NCBI GenBank assembly: GCA_020536535.1
Contig: JAHLWZ010000838.1
Span: forward strand, 23,765-87,764
DNA length: 64,000 nt
Direction: 5' to 3'
DNA from: Pelomyxa schiedti
Lineage: Eukaryota > Protista > Evosea
The position numbers and the translations under genes are program-made. Below the pieces are notes generated by a model. It was not told where the DNA came from, ran no database searches, and saw only the letters and a program-made list of their open reading frames with translations. Shown here piece by piece: positions 1 through 12,800 of this stretch. Each line of letters opens with the position of its first letter. The stretch's first letter is position 1.

Positions 1-209
1 TTGTGGCCTGTTGATCTCGTTTGGTTGCCCGCTTTGCGTGAGCGTTGATGCGAGGTAGAGCAGTCAAAAATAAATCCAGGCTGGAGGATGCCTCGGAATG
101 CTGCGGGCTGGCATGCAGAATGTGGGATGGTGATGATGCACTATGCAAATGAGAACGGTGCGTTTCAGCATAGCTACCTGCAAACAAAGGCACTTTCGAA
201 GAGAGGTGC

Positions 210-607
210 TTGTGCAAGAATGACAACAACACGGTTTGGCTATCCACGAAGTGCACCAGTTCAGCAACCCTTTCCGGCTGGCACAAACACGATCTATCCC
301 GCATGGCAACAGAACTGCCGCCACCGCCACCTACTGAGGAAGTCGTACTGCTTACCGCTGCCGATGCCGGCTGCGTCGCACAACACATCCCCAGCTCATG
401 CGCGATTGCGTTCTCGACAAGCAATTTCTTCAAGTATGTCTCTTGCTCGTAACTCAGACTCGCACCACCGCCACACGTATCGGCCATCTCCACACAGAAC
501 GCACACAACCACGACTGTTAACTACTTCATTATGCTCCACACACGGCGTCGTTACTCAGCACGCCACCTCAAACATGTTTTTCGAAACCCAAAAGGAATG
601 GACTTGA
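210..607 (+). CDS. Possible 3' part of a hypothetical gene entering from the left edge
   Basis: Open frame ...MATELPPPPPTEEVVLL...NFFK, then a GTATG...CAG intron and a second open exon ending at TGA 607. No recognisable domain. Confidence 0.25.
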
Positions 608-1880
608 GCACGACGATAATCGGGACTGTTAGTGGGGTCGTGGCCGGTGTGATGGCTACTATGGCTACTGTTGTCATTGAAAAATGCGGAGGTGCCGTTG
701 GGGGCATAGTTGCAACCGGTAACTGGTCAGCTGAGTTCCTTTTTGTTTTTTTAAATATGTGCAAGTGCCTAGCACTATTGTGCCAGCTTCTATTGGTATA
801 AGCCTCACTGCAAAGAATCGTGGTACAGTTTTTTTTTTTTTTTTTTTTTTTTTGCCTTTATTTTTCCCCTTTTTCTTAACAAGGGTTGTTGCGCACAGAG
901 GAAGTTTTGGATGCACTGTGGTCTGCTCCTTTTGGTATGCTTCTCAGTGCATGCTTTTTACTCCTATGGCGAGTGTTACCTCCTCTTATGATGAAGGGTG
1001 CTTTGCGGTTCAAAGTATTGTCGCCTCTTATTCACTCAGTGCCCGTACCTGTTAAACTGGAAGAGTTCTCGGAAAGTGAGCTTCCTGTTGAGAGTGAGAG
1101 TACCCCTGATCAGGAACCAAAGCTGCCCCAATTTGAGTTTAACAAGCTCCCATCCTTGACATTATTGATGGTGGTTTCTTTGTCCTTATGGTTTATTGGA
1201 GCTGTCTGCTTTATATTTCTTGAGGACGTATTGAGTAGATTAGGAGTACCTACAAGGGCCTCCGGGGGGACCTGCTTGGCAATTCAAAGTATACCTTCTA
1301 CTTGTAAGGAAAGATCACTATACGAACTAAACGGAAGCTCAAAGCTACTCTTGGACTGATTGGCACTATTAAAGCCCTACCAGCACCCAAAGGAACCAAC
1401 AAAGTCTCCTCATGGATCATCTTCTTCCGCGGGCTCTTTGCTGGAGTAGCCGTGTGCGTAGCTATATACCTATCTGCCGTAAGCCCTGTGGTAGCGGGAA
1501 TTGCCAGCACATTTCCGGCAATATTTCTCACCACAATGGTTGCATTATGGGCAAGCCATGGCAGTGGTGTCTCACGCGGTGCTATTGGTGTGTCAAATTC
1601 ACCCATTCATTGAACTTTAATGTTACTCACGCTGCAACTCCCTTCCCTGTTCATTTCCCAAATCACAGGTCCCATGGTGCTGGGAGCCATCAGTGTTGGG
1701 GCATTTGCAATTATTTTTGCGGAAAGCTACACAGGGGTATACTACCTCCTCCAGTGGAACCAATACCTCTCTTTGGTTTGCACAGCCCTATGGTCCTGGT
1801 TTGGTGCCATTATTTTCACAACCTTACCAGCATTTGGCCTCATAACACTCCTCAAGAGAAGAAGAAATTCCGCTACTTGA
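598..1880 (+). CDS. Multi-pass membrane protein, DUF3147/GlpM-like with internal duplication
   Basis: Spliced MDLSTTIIGTVSGVVAGVMATMATVVIEKCGGAVGGIVAT-VPSTIVPASIG ... VAGIASTFPAIFLTTMVALW ... KRRRNSAT*. Many hydrophobic helices; a G-x-x-x-T-x-P motif occurs twice. Family assignment is from memory. Confidence 0.6.
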
Positions 1881-1902
1881 GAAAAAGAACTTTCCGAAAA
1901 AA

Positions 1903-3976
1903 ATGGCTAGCCGGGAATGTGTTTTTGATCGGCTTGATGACGGTACCCTTGGGGTGGTGTTCGGGATTGTGGGATGTGACCCTACGTGGGGTAGCCTGTG
2001 GCTGGTGAAATCTGTTACATGTGTTTGTCGACGTTGGCGCCAAGTTGGTTGGTCTCGATGTGACGCCCTTTGGTTGTCATTTAATCGCGTTCATGTTGTC
2101 ATAACCGACCGCGTATGTACAGTTTCGTTTCTTTTGATTTTTCGTTTTGGTCTTTTGGTATATGATTGGTGCTGTGGAATGACACGAGCGTGGTGTTGAG
2201 ATTGGTGAGTTCAGGTTCTTGAGGGGATATTGAACAAGTGCAATCGAGATATGTTGAAGAAACTGGATTTGCATGGGCAGTCCATGTTAACTGACGTCTC
2301 CTTCACTGCAATATCTCGTCTTTCCAATTTGCGTTGTTTGGGTTTGTTATGACATTTTATGCTACTATCTCATTGGCTTCCAGACCTTCGAAATTGCAAA
2401 AGTATTCGTGGAGAAAATGAATACCGAAATATCAAGCTCCTTTCTAGCTTGGAAGTTCTTAGGGCTCGCGCTGTCATCCTACAGTGAGGTGTTATCTTAT
2501 TGCTCTTTTTCAAACCAACAAACAAATTTACTTTCATATTCCAACTATTCACCAATCTATCCTCAGAAAAGATTGTCTTGCACCTGTATGCTCCCTCTTG
2601 TCCCTTCGTCAGCTTGACATAAGAGGGAGCAAGGCTTCAGAAGAAGAGCTCGGAAGCCTCAAGTATCTAACGAATCTCACATCTCTATCTCTTTATGGGA
2701 AACGGTATTTTTTTTCCATTTTATACTAACACCTTTTTAATCTCACACTCCCTTTTCCAGTGTGACTGACAACGTCATCCATAATATATCTCTGCTACCA
2801 AAGCTGATATCTCTAAATCTCGTTGCCTGTAGAAGCCTCACAAAACAATCTCTAGCTGCAATTGGGCAGAATTTACGGGGACTTCAACGATTAGAAATCC
2901 TGGGTATAAGCAACATTCCGGAAAAGGCATTGCATCTTTTACGAAATCTGTTGTTTCTTACACGGTATAACATTGAACTCAATCTCCCACTTACCTTCTG
3001 CAACTAGCCTCAATGTGAGTGGTTTAGACATTACCGATTTTGGGTTAAAGTTCTTGCACCAAATCCCTAATATTACATCTCTCAACCTTGGCTCACCTGG
3101 CATATCGCATGTTGGCTTGTCAAATATACAATCAAACTCCCTCTTGTACCTTGCTATTCGCGGACTGGATGTTGACAATCAGATGCTACTCCAAGTAAAT
3201 ATATCCGAGGAGGAGTTGCCAATAATCCATATCTAGATTTCCCATTTCCGAAGTCTTCAGGTGTTAGATATGTATGGAGCATCCATTCAACCCAACTCAC
3301 CTGACCTTGTTGTACTGTCGTGCCTCACACATTTAAAAAAGTACGATGCCCAATCTCTAAGGTATGTACTCAAAGAACTAGACTCTGCCTTTGGACCAGA
3401 ATGCTAGATTTCCAAGTGTCGGAATCTTTCCGCAGCTCTTTACAGAATCTTATTGAACTCAGTATTCCTATTTGTGCTGTAACCGAACATGTGCTTTATG
3501 TTCTATCCAAAATTCGAAGTCTACAATCAGTGACCATTGATTGTTCCGGTTGTGTCATTCACTTTCCTTGTTTGCTTTGTAACATTATGCAAGAGTTGCC
3601 ACGGGGAGCCTACAGTCTGTTTTGTAATACGCACCTTATCTCTTTGACCTGCAGGAATTGCCAATCTATGTCAATTAGAGATGCCGCTTCACTCTGCTCA
3701 ATCTCGACCTTAAAGGCACTATCTATATCTGGATCAGATGCCCTTACAATATCATGGTTCAGTCCCCTGTATGCTCGGGCTGGCACTTTGGGTCCTACTG
3801 TGGATACGAGCGACTCTGACTTGCCAATTTGGAGTCTACCTTCCATCCCAAGGTTCAACTTTTTGGAGCTGATTGGTTGTGAGCAAATCACCAAGAAAGA
3901 CCTACCAAACCTCAACACATTATCCACAGAGCTCATTGTCAAAAATTCTCACACCCACTTCACCATAGGCATCTAG
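1903..3976 (+). CDS. F-box / leucine-rich-repeat protein
   Basis: N-terminal F-box-like segment (FDRLDDGTL...VCRRWRQV), then LRRs (LTNLTSLSL, LPKLISLNLVAC, LRGLQRLEI, IPNITSLNL). Confidence 0.75.
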
Positions 3977-4012
3977 GATCAAAAAACAAATTCGTATCAC
4001 TTTTTTACTGGA

Positions 4013-4718
4013 ATGGATGCAATAACCGCGATCAAGACACGCCGGTCGATACGGGGTTTTCAGCCTCAGCCCGTAGACAAGGTATAACCAATTACATAGT
4101 CAGTGCGAAATTGTAATTGGAGTGTGCAGGGTTTGGTTGAAGAAGTCCTTAATTGTGGCATCATGGCACCCTCTGCAATGGGAAGAAAGTAACTGCCACT
4201 TTCCACAATGACGTTGGCAACACTGCAATAATTAATTAGTCCTTGGAAGTTCTACATTGTGAGCAATTCTGATGTCAGGAACACCATACTCCAAAGGACT
4301 GGCAAGAACCAATGGGGTGCTCCTGTACTGGTGTTTACTACTTTGGGTAACTTTCAAGCACTCCTTCTACCTTCCACTGTTGTTAATTTCACATTGAAGA
4401 AAGTGATTAAATATTTACAGTGAATCCATTCCCTGGTTACAATGAGTATGACTGTGCTGTCTGTCACCAAAATATGATGGTTGCAGCTCAATCTCTGGGT
4501 CTGGGCAGTTTGATTCTATCTTACAACTATCCAACAAGTATCTTTCCCCTTTCTCTTTTCAACAACCAAGCACAATCCCAGATCAACTACCAGCAGTCAA
4601 AGACATTCTCCAGATACCAGATGGGGAGGCCCTCATGACTGAGTGCATCGCACTCGGCTATGCAGCAAAAACACCCCCTCAACCATCTCGTTCCCTTAAT
4701 GCCCAATGGATGGAATGA
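4013..4718 (+). CDS. Nitroreductase family protein
   Basis: Spliced MDAITAIKTRRSIRGF...APSAMGRNPWKFYIV...DCAVCHQNMMVAAQSLGLGS...IALGY...WME*. The RRSIR, APS and AxxLGLGS motifs are present. Confidence 0.87.
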
Positions 4719-4837
4719 CGTCACTTGGTGTCCAACAGTTTCACTACTGATGCCGACTAGCACCTCACATTCCCAAATAGCGCAACAAAACCCCCCACAG
4801 CTCCTCGCTGCTCAGGATAAAAAAAATCCCAAACACA

Positions 4838-6358
4838 ATGAATCACTCGACACCCCCTTTGGTCATTGTGTTTCTTGCAGTTGGTGTGTTATTCACTGCA
4901 AGTTGTGGTGGTTATTCCTGCTACGAGCCCATTGACACGTTCCTCAGCCTGTTCTGGAGCACGTCCGACGCGTACATCAACAAATACAGCCCAAACACTG
5001 GCCAGTTGTCAGAGTACTGGAACTACGCTGAATGCCTAGACACTGTCATTGATGGAGTGGTGTTGGCAAGGGCTGGGTTGTGGTGGGTATTATCCTATGT
5101 AATATGTGTCAAAATGCTTTAGTTTACATCGCAGTTAATGCCAACATTGTGAAAAATAGATATTAATAACTAACTGACACTGAACTAGTGATGGAACGGG
5201 TCCGGAATTGCCGTTTGATTATGAGGAGTATGTGGATATTATGTACACTACACAGGCAGCTAAAGGCTGGTTCAGGGATTACTATGACGGTAATGAGAAT
5301 GATATGCTCAACTTGACTTAGTTATGTGGCTAGACATGAATTGGATGGGGATGGCCCTGATGCGGGCCTATATTCTTCTGGGAGATAATAAATATCTCAC
5401 CACTGCACAATCACTCTATTCCAAAATAGAGGCACAGTGGGACACAACGTGCTGTGGTTCCCATAAGGGTGGTGTATCAATTTTCCTGAATTAGTGCATT
5501 ATTGTGACATGTTTCCTTTATCCTTTTAAGATATGGTGGGATTCAGCCCACTCTCAGAAAGCTTCTGCCTCCAATGCTGGTCCTGTGGTTCGTTTACCGT
5601 CCGTGATGATGGCCTTATTATTTTTCAGATATTTGCCATGATGTTATACAATATTTCTGGGGACTCTAACACTCTCAATTTTGCCAAACAGGTCTACCAA
5701 TTTTGGTATTCCTCACTCCCAAGGGGGCATTCTCTCATTGCTTTATAAACCAGGTGGGACAACATGGTCAATCAGGAAACCGGTCAAGTGGCTGATCACT
5801 TTGACAAGTCGGGGTCAATAACATGGTGGAAGTTCACGTACAATGAAGTGGGTACTCATCACTTTTTTGCCCATTCAATATTCGAAATAGGGGCTGATGA
5901 TTGGAGCTTCTGTTTCTCTATATAATGCAACTGGGGATTCAACCTACCTGAGCAACGCCCATAAAATTGCCACTTTCATGGTAACACAAAATAGTCAATT
6001 CGCGATACTACACTAATCTACGGACTTCTAGATCAGCAATGAAGTTATTTCCTCCTCCTGCGGCAATGTTCTCTATGACGGATCTTCATGCAGTGACACG
6101 GACTGTGCACAATTCAAGGGGCCGGGGTACCGGCACCTCTCCAGGCTGAATGAATTCCCACCCACAAATAGCTATTCTGACATTCTTGACGCTTGCAGCT
6201 GCTCCCTTACAGTTAATGCAAGGCAATCATCAACGGGAGCCTATGGGCATTCGTGGGAAGGACCAGCACCATCTGATGGGGACACCATCAACAACGCTGA
6301 GGAATCAGCTGCAGTCATGGCTTTAGCAATAAATGCAAGGAACAAAAATCGTTTGTGA
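4838..6358 (+). CDS. Secreted glycoside hydrolase family 76 (alpha-1,6-mannanase-like)
   Basis: Signal peptide; YWNYAECLDTV; YYDDMNWMGMALMRAY (catalytic DD split by an intron); IWWDSAHSQKASASNAGP; FTYNEG; DCAQFKG. Confidence 0.85.
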
Positions 6359-6395
6359 AATTGCTCTCGTTGGTTTTTAAAAAAGTTTTTGGGAC

Positions 6396-7264
6396 TCAAA
6401 GCCCACTCTGAGTGAGAAGGGTTATCAGTCTCTCAGTCAGGGCTTCCAGTCGTGGAACTGTGTCTGGGGGTGCATACCCTATAAGAGTACACGACAGCTT
6501 TCCTGCAGCTGTGGCGCTGTAAAGCAGAGGATCCTCTGGAGTAACACTATTTCCCCCTGAGGCCATAAAGTCTGACAGAAAGTAGGAAGCAGTGGGTGAT
6601 TCGCCAATTGCGTCAATACCAAAAGTCCTACCAATATCCCCAAGATTTGACACCTTAAAATGTCATGGAGGGAGAAAAGAAGGAAGCCCGCATACCAGAA
6701 GGAAAGTCTCATCAGGAAATCCTGGCCGTAGTGGTCTGTCTCGAAGCATCTCTGTTGTAAATTCAATCTGCGGGCGAAGTAACTGCCCACCAGGCCGTCG
6801 CTCTCTTGGAAGAGATTCCACAAGCAGGTTGTGCCAATCACGTGCCATCTCCCAAAGAAGGTTGATATCCTCAGATTGACCACTTGAAGAACCTGTGCAT
6901 AATCGGCGCGAATATGGACCTAACGGAAGGCCAGCTGTGTTTACAGAAAATAATTCATTTCCTGGCTGTCTCAAATTCACTGGCACATAGGCTGTAATTT
7001 TCTTACACGATTCCCCTAGCATCATAGCAGCAAGTAAAAGAGAAGTAACGGTTACTCCATGACGCCTGCACGCCTGTCGATATTTAACAAATAATATGCA
7101 TAACTATTTCCCGGCACCTGGGCAAGGGCACTTGTTTCTTCTTTACTCAAGCTGAAAGTGTGTATGGAAGGGTGTGCAGTTCCGACCATTGATTCAAGAA
7201 TTGGACGTATTTCTAAATAGTACTTTTCCCACGACTGTGGTTCTACGAATTCAGAACCTGCCAT
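6396..7264 (-). CDS. Hypothetical protein
   Basis: Three consecutive minus-strand exon ORFs (7264-7052, 7025-6663, 6653-6396) joinable by short GT-AG introns. No domain recognised. Confidence 0.55.
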
Positions 7265-7377
7265 TTTTCAGTTAGCAACGTAAGTATGTACAGTTGAAAG
7301 TGATACCCGGAACACGTTCTCCATGTGGAGGGGGGATTGGTTGCGGGGGATCAAGCGGCACGCAGTTCAAAGCTTTA

Positions 7378-8059
7378 AGGATATCCCGTGCGAAGATTGC
7401 CATTGAAAGTCCATCCTAACCAGACTGAGAAATAGTGACCAGCCAAGGTGAGCACACCATGACACAATGCGCAAATTGTGCAACAACGAAAAACTTAGGT
7501 ATCGCGTCGACTACAACGAGAGTGCATTTCCAAGTATTGGTGCTCTGCCAAAACCCACTGGAAAAGCTTAATGCAATGTCTCAGCAAGTGGAAGTTATAC
7601 AGTACAGTTTCTTTCCAAAATTCCCATGCCGCTTCCACGGTGTTCACATGAATTACAGTCATTGGTAACCTCGCAATAAGCTGAGACGGGGATTCAGGCT
7701 CAGCAGGTACATGAACGTACCTGGGAAAATTGCAATAAGGATCTATACTCAATACAATCTTGTATTACTACAACAAGAGCAAAACGAACCTATCACTTGG
7801 AGGGCCCAACTTTGCTCTCAGAAAGGGGTACCGTAAAGCTGCCATAGCAACAGCGTTCGAGATAAAGTCGTCTTCCAGTCTTATTGGCTCATGTTTCTTC
7901 TCAAACCCCATCATAATAACTGGGTTCCATATGCCCAAGCAATGTGTGAAATACTTTGCAAAAAAAGATGAGAAATGATCTCACACGGCAACTAATTATG
8001 TTCAACAATTACACCACTAAATGGTGTACCTCCATTGGTGACATCCAGTAGTCGCCCAT
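7378..8059 (-). CDS. Hypothetical protein, possibly F-box-like N-terminus
   Basis: MGDYWMSPME-LPCEIISHLFLQ after splicing. Downstream exons and the stop are uncertain. Confidence 0.3.
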
Positions 8060-8160
8060 TTTCGTGATGTAGTTTTTATGAGGTATTAATTATCAGATCT
8101 TTATCGTCCCGATCTCGAAAAAGAAAAGAAAAGGCGTTCTCTTCTTGGAATGTGATGGTG

Positions 8161-9699
8161 TCATGGCGAAACAAGGTCGCAGGTAGAAGCAGTGTTGAGT
8201 TCACTGAATTGTACTCCCCAGTTGGTGACTGTGGTGCCATTGAGTTGCAGGAGTTGGCCTCTGAGTAGTGGTGCTATGGTGGTTCCTTGTTTGTAGGCTT
8301 CGAGTGCAAGCCTCGATTTGACATAATAAGCAGCTGCCCGGTTATTTGTCAGATATTCAACGGCATCTTGGCCTGAAGAAATGGCAGTGTGAGTTTTTGA
8401 CTCGTTATATTAGATGGGAAAAAACCTACCTTGAACTGGGGGAAGTGCCGCTCTCGAGTCTCTCCACGACTTGTAACCATCAATAACAGACTGCGGAATA
8501 GTGGAATGTAGGCGTGACACAAGTTCCCAAAACCAAAGAATAATTTCATAAACAAACCCTGGGGGGAATGTGCTCTCGATCGCGTGCATGAATTCCAGCT
8601 GAGAAGAACAGGCCCCGAATCTTTTTTTTTTTTTTTGTTTGTGAGTCAGAGGAAATTGCAGTTGGGTGGCAATATACTCCTTTATCCACATATTCTCTGC
8701 CGATGTAGGTCCAATTGTGGAATATTGCATGCAATGAACCATTTCATGGAGTGGAGAGTAGCTGCAAGAAAATAGAAAATCTCGCAAGATTCTTCCTTGA
8801 GGTCTGTTGAGGAAAAAGGATAGAAAAATGTGAACTACTGCTTGTATACCCGGTCTTGGTGCAGTTATTTCCCAGATCTGTTTATGATCCTCATTGAACA
8901 AATTGGCGTCGGGGAACAATAAAATTCTGGTCCCAGCAGCTTGAAATGTTATTTCATCTGCCGGCATCCCAATTGGAAAGATTGGTGAAGCTTCAAGCTT
9001 GTTTTGTTTTGTTTTGATTGGTTCGTTTTTATTCCTAGTTGCCAGCAGTATTTCATTTCATTCAAAATAGACATAGTGATAATTGGCAATAGCTGTATCG
9101 ATTTCATTTCGTACCCTGGGATCTAGAATTCCCCTTGCCACAATCTCAGGAAGCTCCCTTTTTATGAATTCTGTTCCGGCAGCCAAAACCCTCCCCACCC
9201 ACTCCACATAGTTCATGCTACCCACGACTGAGATTCTTCCCTCCAGCCACCTCCTCAAGCACCCCACTCTCCTCCCGCACAACCACGCCGCGCCCCTCCC
9301 CGTGCCCATGGCCATCCCCGCGCATCCCCGGCAGCAGCGGCAGCCCCCCCCGGCCTCGCTCTCCCCCCACCCACACGCCCCCTCGCCCTCGCCCTCGCCC
9401 TGGCCCAAACACCCACCTTTCAGTCCAAACACCCCTGGGGCGACTCCTTCTAGGGTCAGGCCCAGGTGCTCGAGGAGGGCGTCCACTCGGCCCCTGGCCA
9501 CTTCCATGAACCTACGCTCGAGGGCACAGGCACCCCCGTCGCCGTTCAGGTCCCACAAGCACGGAGTGCCGCATATTCCTACGACTATAGCAGCCTGCGT
9601 CGACGAGGGGTTAACCTCGTGGAACCTGTCCACCAACGTCAACAACGTAGAGGCATCCACGAATGTCAAATTGCTCTGCGTGGCCGCCGACATTGTCAT
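8161..9699 (-). CDS. Hypothetical protein with HExxH zincin-like motif
   Basis: Long minus-strand exons (9699-9060, 8967-8410, last exon ending CDLVSP* at 8161) containing LHEMVHCMQY. Confidence 0.5.
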
Positions 9700-9871
9700 C
9701 AACACCCAACCGCCTCGGCACACGGAATTCGACACAAGAAACCAAAATGCCAATTGGCTTTACCGTTTGAGAAAAACCATCAACAACCACCGTTCCGAAC
9801 ACCAAAAACTGAACAAACAAAAAAGAAAAGCACACGAAGGCAAGGAGTCAGAAGAGAAGGAAAAAAAAAGC

Positions 9872-12800
9872 ATGGCGACCTCCGAGTAGTACGTGCCTCC
9901 ATCCCATAATTCCCGATGTATAAATACGAGGCACTCATGCACTCAAACTGACCCACTCAATATACTTCAACACAACAAACAACAGTATCACTGTGTTGAT
10001 ATCACGAGAGGGGGAGAGACACACCACGCCGGTTGGAATCGGCACGCACGACACCCTCTCGTCACTGGCCCTTTTGGTCCAGGACCGTTTCAATGTGCCC
10101 ATGGCCTCGCAGCGCCTCGTGTTCCACGGCAAAGTACTCCGCAGCGACGACGACGTGACCAACATGTCCGACGTCGGCATCGCAAACGAATCTGTAGTAT
10201 ATCTCATGAAGCCCAGGACGCCCCCTCCTCCTTCTAGTGCCACTACAAGCACTACTACAACCACTTCGAGCAGCCATGATGAATCGTCACATGCCGCCAG
10301 TCGTAATTCTGCGAGGGAAAAGGAGGGCGATGATGATGATGACGACGACGACGGAGCTGATGACGCCGATGGGGAAGGGGAAGAGGTGCAAAGCGGGTTG
10401 AGATCGAGGAAGGGAAAATCAATGTTTGACGATTCGGGTGATAATGATAACGATGTTGGCCAAGGACTACTGGAATACGAGAGGGAGGAAGAGTTTGATG
10501 ATGTACAGAGAGACCGGGTTCCACATGGTGATGATGTGGAATTTGAAATTTACATCAAATGTTCTGGGTGAGTTAGAGAGTGCTCCCCGCTTACCACCAC
10601 CTTTTTTTTCCCTTTCTTTTGAGCAGTGGGGTGATACGTACTCTCTGACTAACATTTTTTGTTTCCTTAAGGTGTGCCACTTTCCCACTTCAAGTTTCCT
10701 CTTCAACAACAGTAGCATCACTTAAGCGGGAAATTCAAGATAACGTGAAGGCTCATCCATCAGAGATGACTATGGTTTTATTATTTATATGTTGTCTTCC
10801 TAACAGGAAAAAAGATGTATGCCGGTAAACCACTTTCTGACCTATCAAGCCTATCCCAGTACAATGTACCCATTTTCTATGTCGCCATCCTCTAAAAACT
10901 TTTCTTCTCCACAAGGTCTCGAAGGAAAGTGTTATTTCTGTTGTAGTTAAACAAGCGACTTCGATAACCTTGATTGTTAAATTTTCAACTGGAAAGGTAC
11001 CTTATACACTAAAACAATCCGTTTTGAATGTGAATTTTCAGGTTGTGTCAATAGCTATGGAGAGTACAGATACAGTGGAAGACTTGAAACTAAGACTGTC
11101 GGACACACCTGGAGTTGAAATGCCTTCACAAGGGATTCGGCTATTTTTCAAGCAAACGGAACTTGTAGAGGATACTAACACCCTTAGTCAGTATGGGTTG
11201 TCTAATGAGTGTGTTATTAATGTAGTCTTCCGCAAAACTCCAAGTATTTTTCTGGCTTCAAATGGTAAAAACAGCTCTTAGTATTACGTTTTCTGAGATA
11301 TATTTTTAAGATACTTGGTGGAGCTTACTGCTTCAATCTGCTTGGGGTGCCCTTCGCGCGTTGATCACTCCTGTACTGGTAAATGTTATGTAACATGTCT
11401 ACATCTATTTAACACTCCGTTGTAGAATACGTTGTATCAAATAGTTAGATTTTTTGGACGATTCCTGCACCCTCTGGTTCAAATTAAGCGCTTGTTCATT
11501 AGTTTTGTTTGGCGTCTCGGGTCTCATCTAAAACTTTGTGTGTAACGTATTCGAGAATCTTGCAGGCATCTTCTAATGCAATTTCAGGTTTTTCGTGGCT
11601 TCAGAACACTGTCAGGCCCATTATTCACTTGTATGAGTCCACTTTTTCCTCTCATGAAGTTAACCCTACCTAGGCTGGCAACTATCTACCATACAACATG
11701 GGACAGGATTGTATCTGTTGCTAGACTTGTGCAAGGTTAATCCTCCCTATCCTTAAACCTTCTAATCTAGTTCAGTTGTTCTACGGTCAGTATTCAATAA
11801 AGTATCAACACCGTGTCGCTTCCTATACAGGATAGTCTCTTCAGTTGTCAGGTGGATATGGAATAACCCTGTGTCCTTTGTAAAAACAAGTGTGGACCCT
11901 TAATAACCTTGACTTTTTCCCTAACAAAATATACAAATCACCAGAACTCGGACAGGTAATGACCCTGTGCACTACGGTAATGAAACGTGGTTGGAATCTC
12001 CTAACGGCAATTCTTTCATCACTTCAACGTGTGACTTCGTCAATTTTTGCCATAGTACGACGAAAGGTATCTGATGTAGCCCATACACTGTGGGGATATA
12101 CTACATCCCTGGCTTCAAATGTTTGGCGGTTCACCACATCTGTTGCATCGAATGCTTGGCGACTTACAACTTCAGTTTCTTCTGCTGTCTGGAGGCACAC
12201 TTCAGCTGTTGCCTCTACTCTGTGGCGTTATACCAGTTCTACGGCATCCACCTTGTGGCGATATTCATCGACCGTAGCGTCAGCGCTATGGAACAAAGTA
12301 ACCACTGTCTCTTCTGCGGTCTGGCGTTGCACTTCTTCGACATTGCGACACGTATCCTCAGCTGCCAAATGGATGTGGGACCGTAGTGTTGGTGTCTGCT
12401 CTGTGTTGAGACGTTACTCGTCCCGCTGTGTTTCTGCTCTATGGCATCAAACCTGCCTAGGGGCTTCTAGACTAAAACGACTTGTTCACAATACAACGCA
12501 CGCGGTTATCAATTTCATCTCACCGATATTCTCTTCTATTTGGACTTTCTCCAAGTCTGTCGTGCATACAATCTGGGATCACACTTGTTCCATCTTAACC
12601 AGAGTCTGGCGAAGTTTCTCTTCCGTATGCTGCACAGTAGGTAGGGCAGCGGAATCTCTTTGGAAAAGAGTCTTGTACCCCATTATATCTTCAGTCTGCC
12701 GAAATTCCTATAATCTTTTGTACCGACTTTTATCCTTTGTATTTACTAGTGTGTACCACAGTAGTTAACGTTAAGTGACACTTGACAGAAACTAAAAATA

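Noticed and set aside
9215-9889. Long ORFs opposite real genes (also 19703-20059, 34618-35217, 47535-48004, 57665-58171, 57831-58322)
   Set aside because: Shadow frames of GC-rich or low-complexity coding sequence on the other strand, with no motifs of their own.
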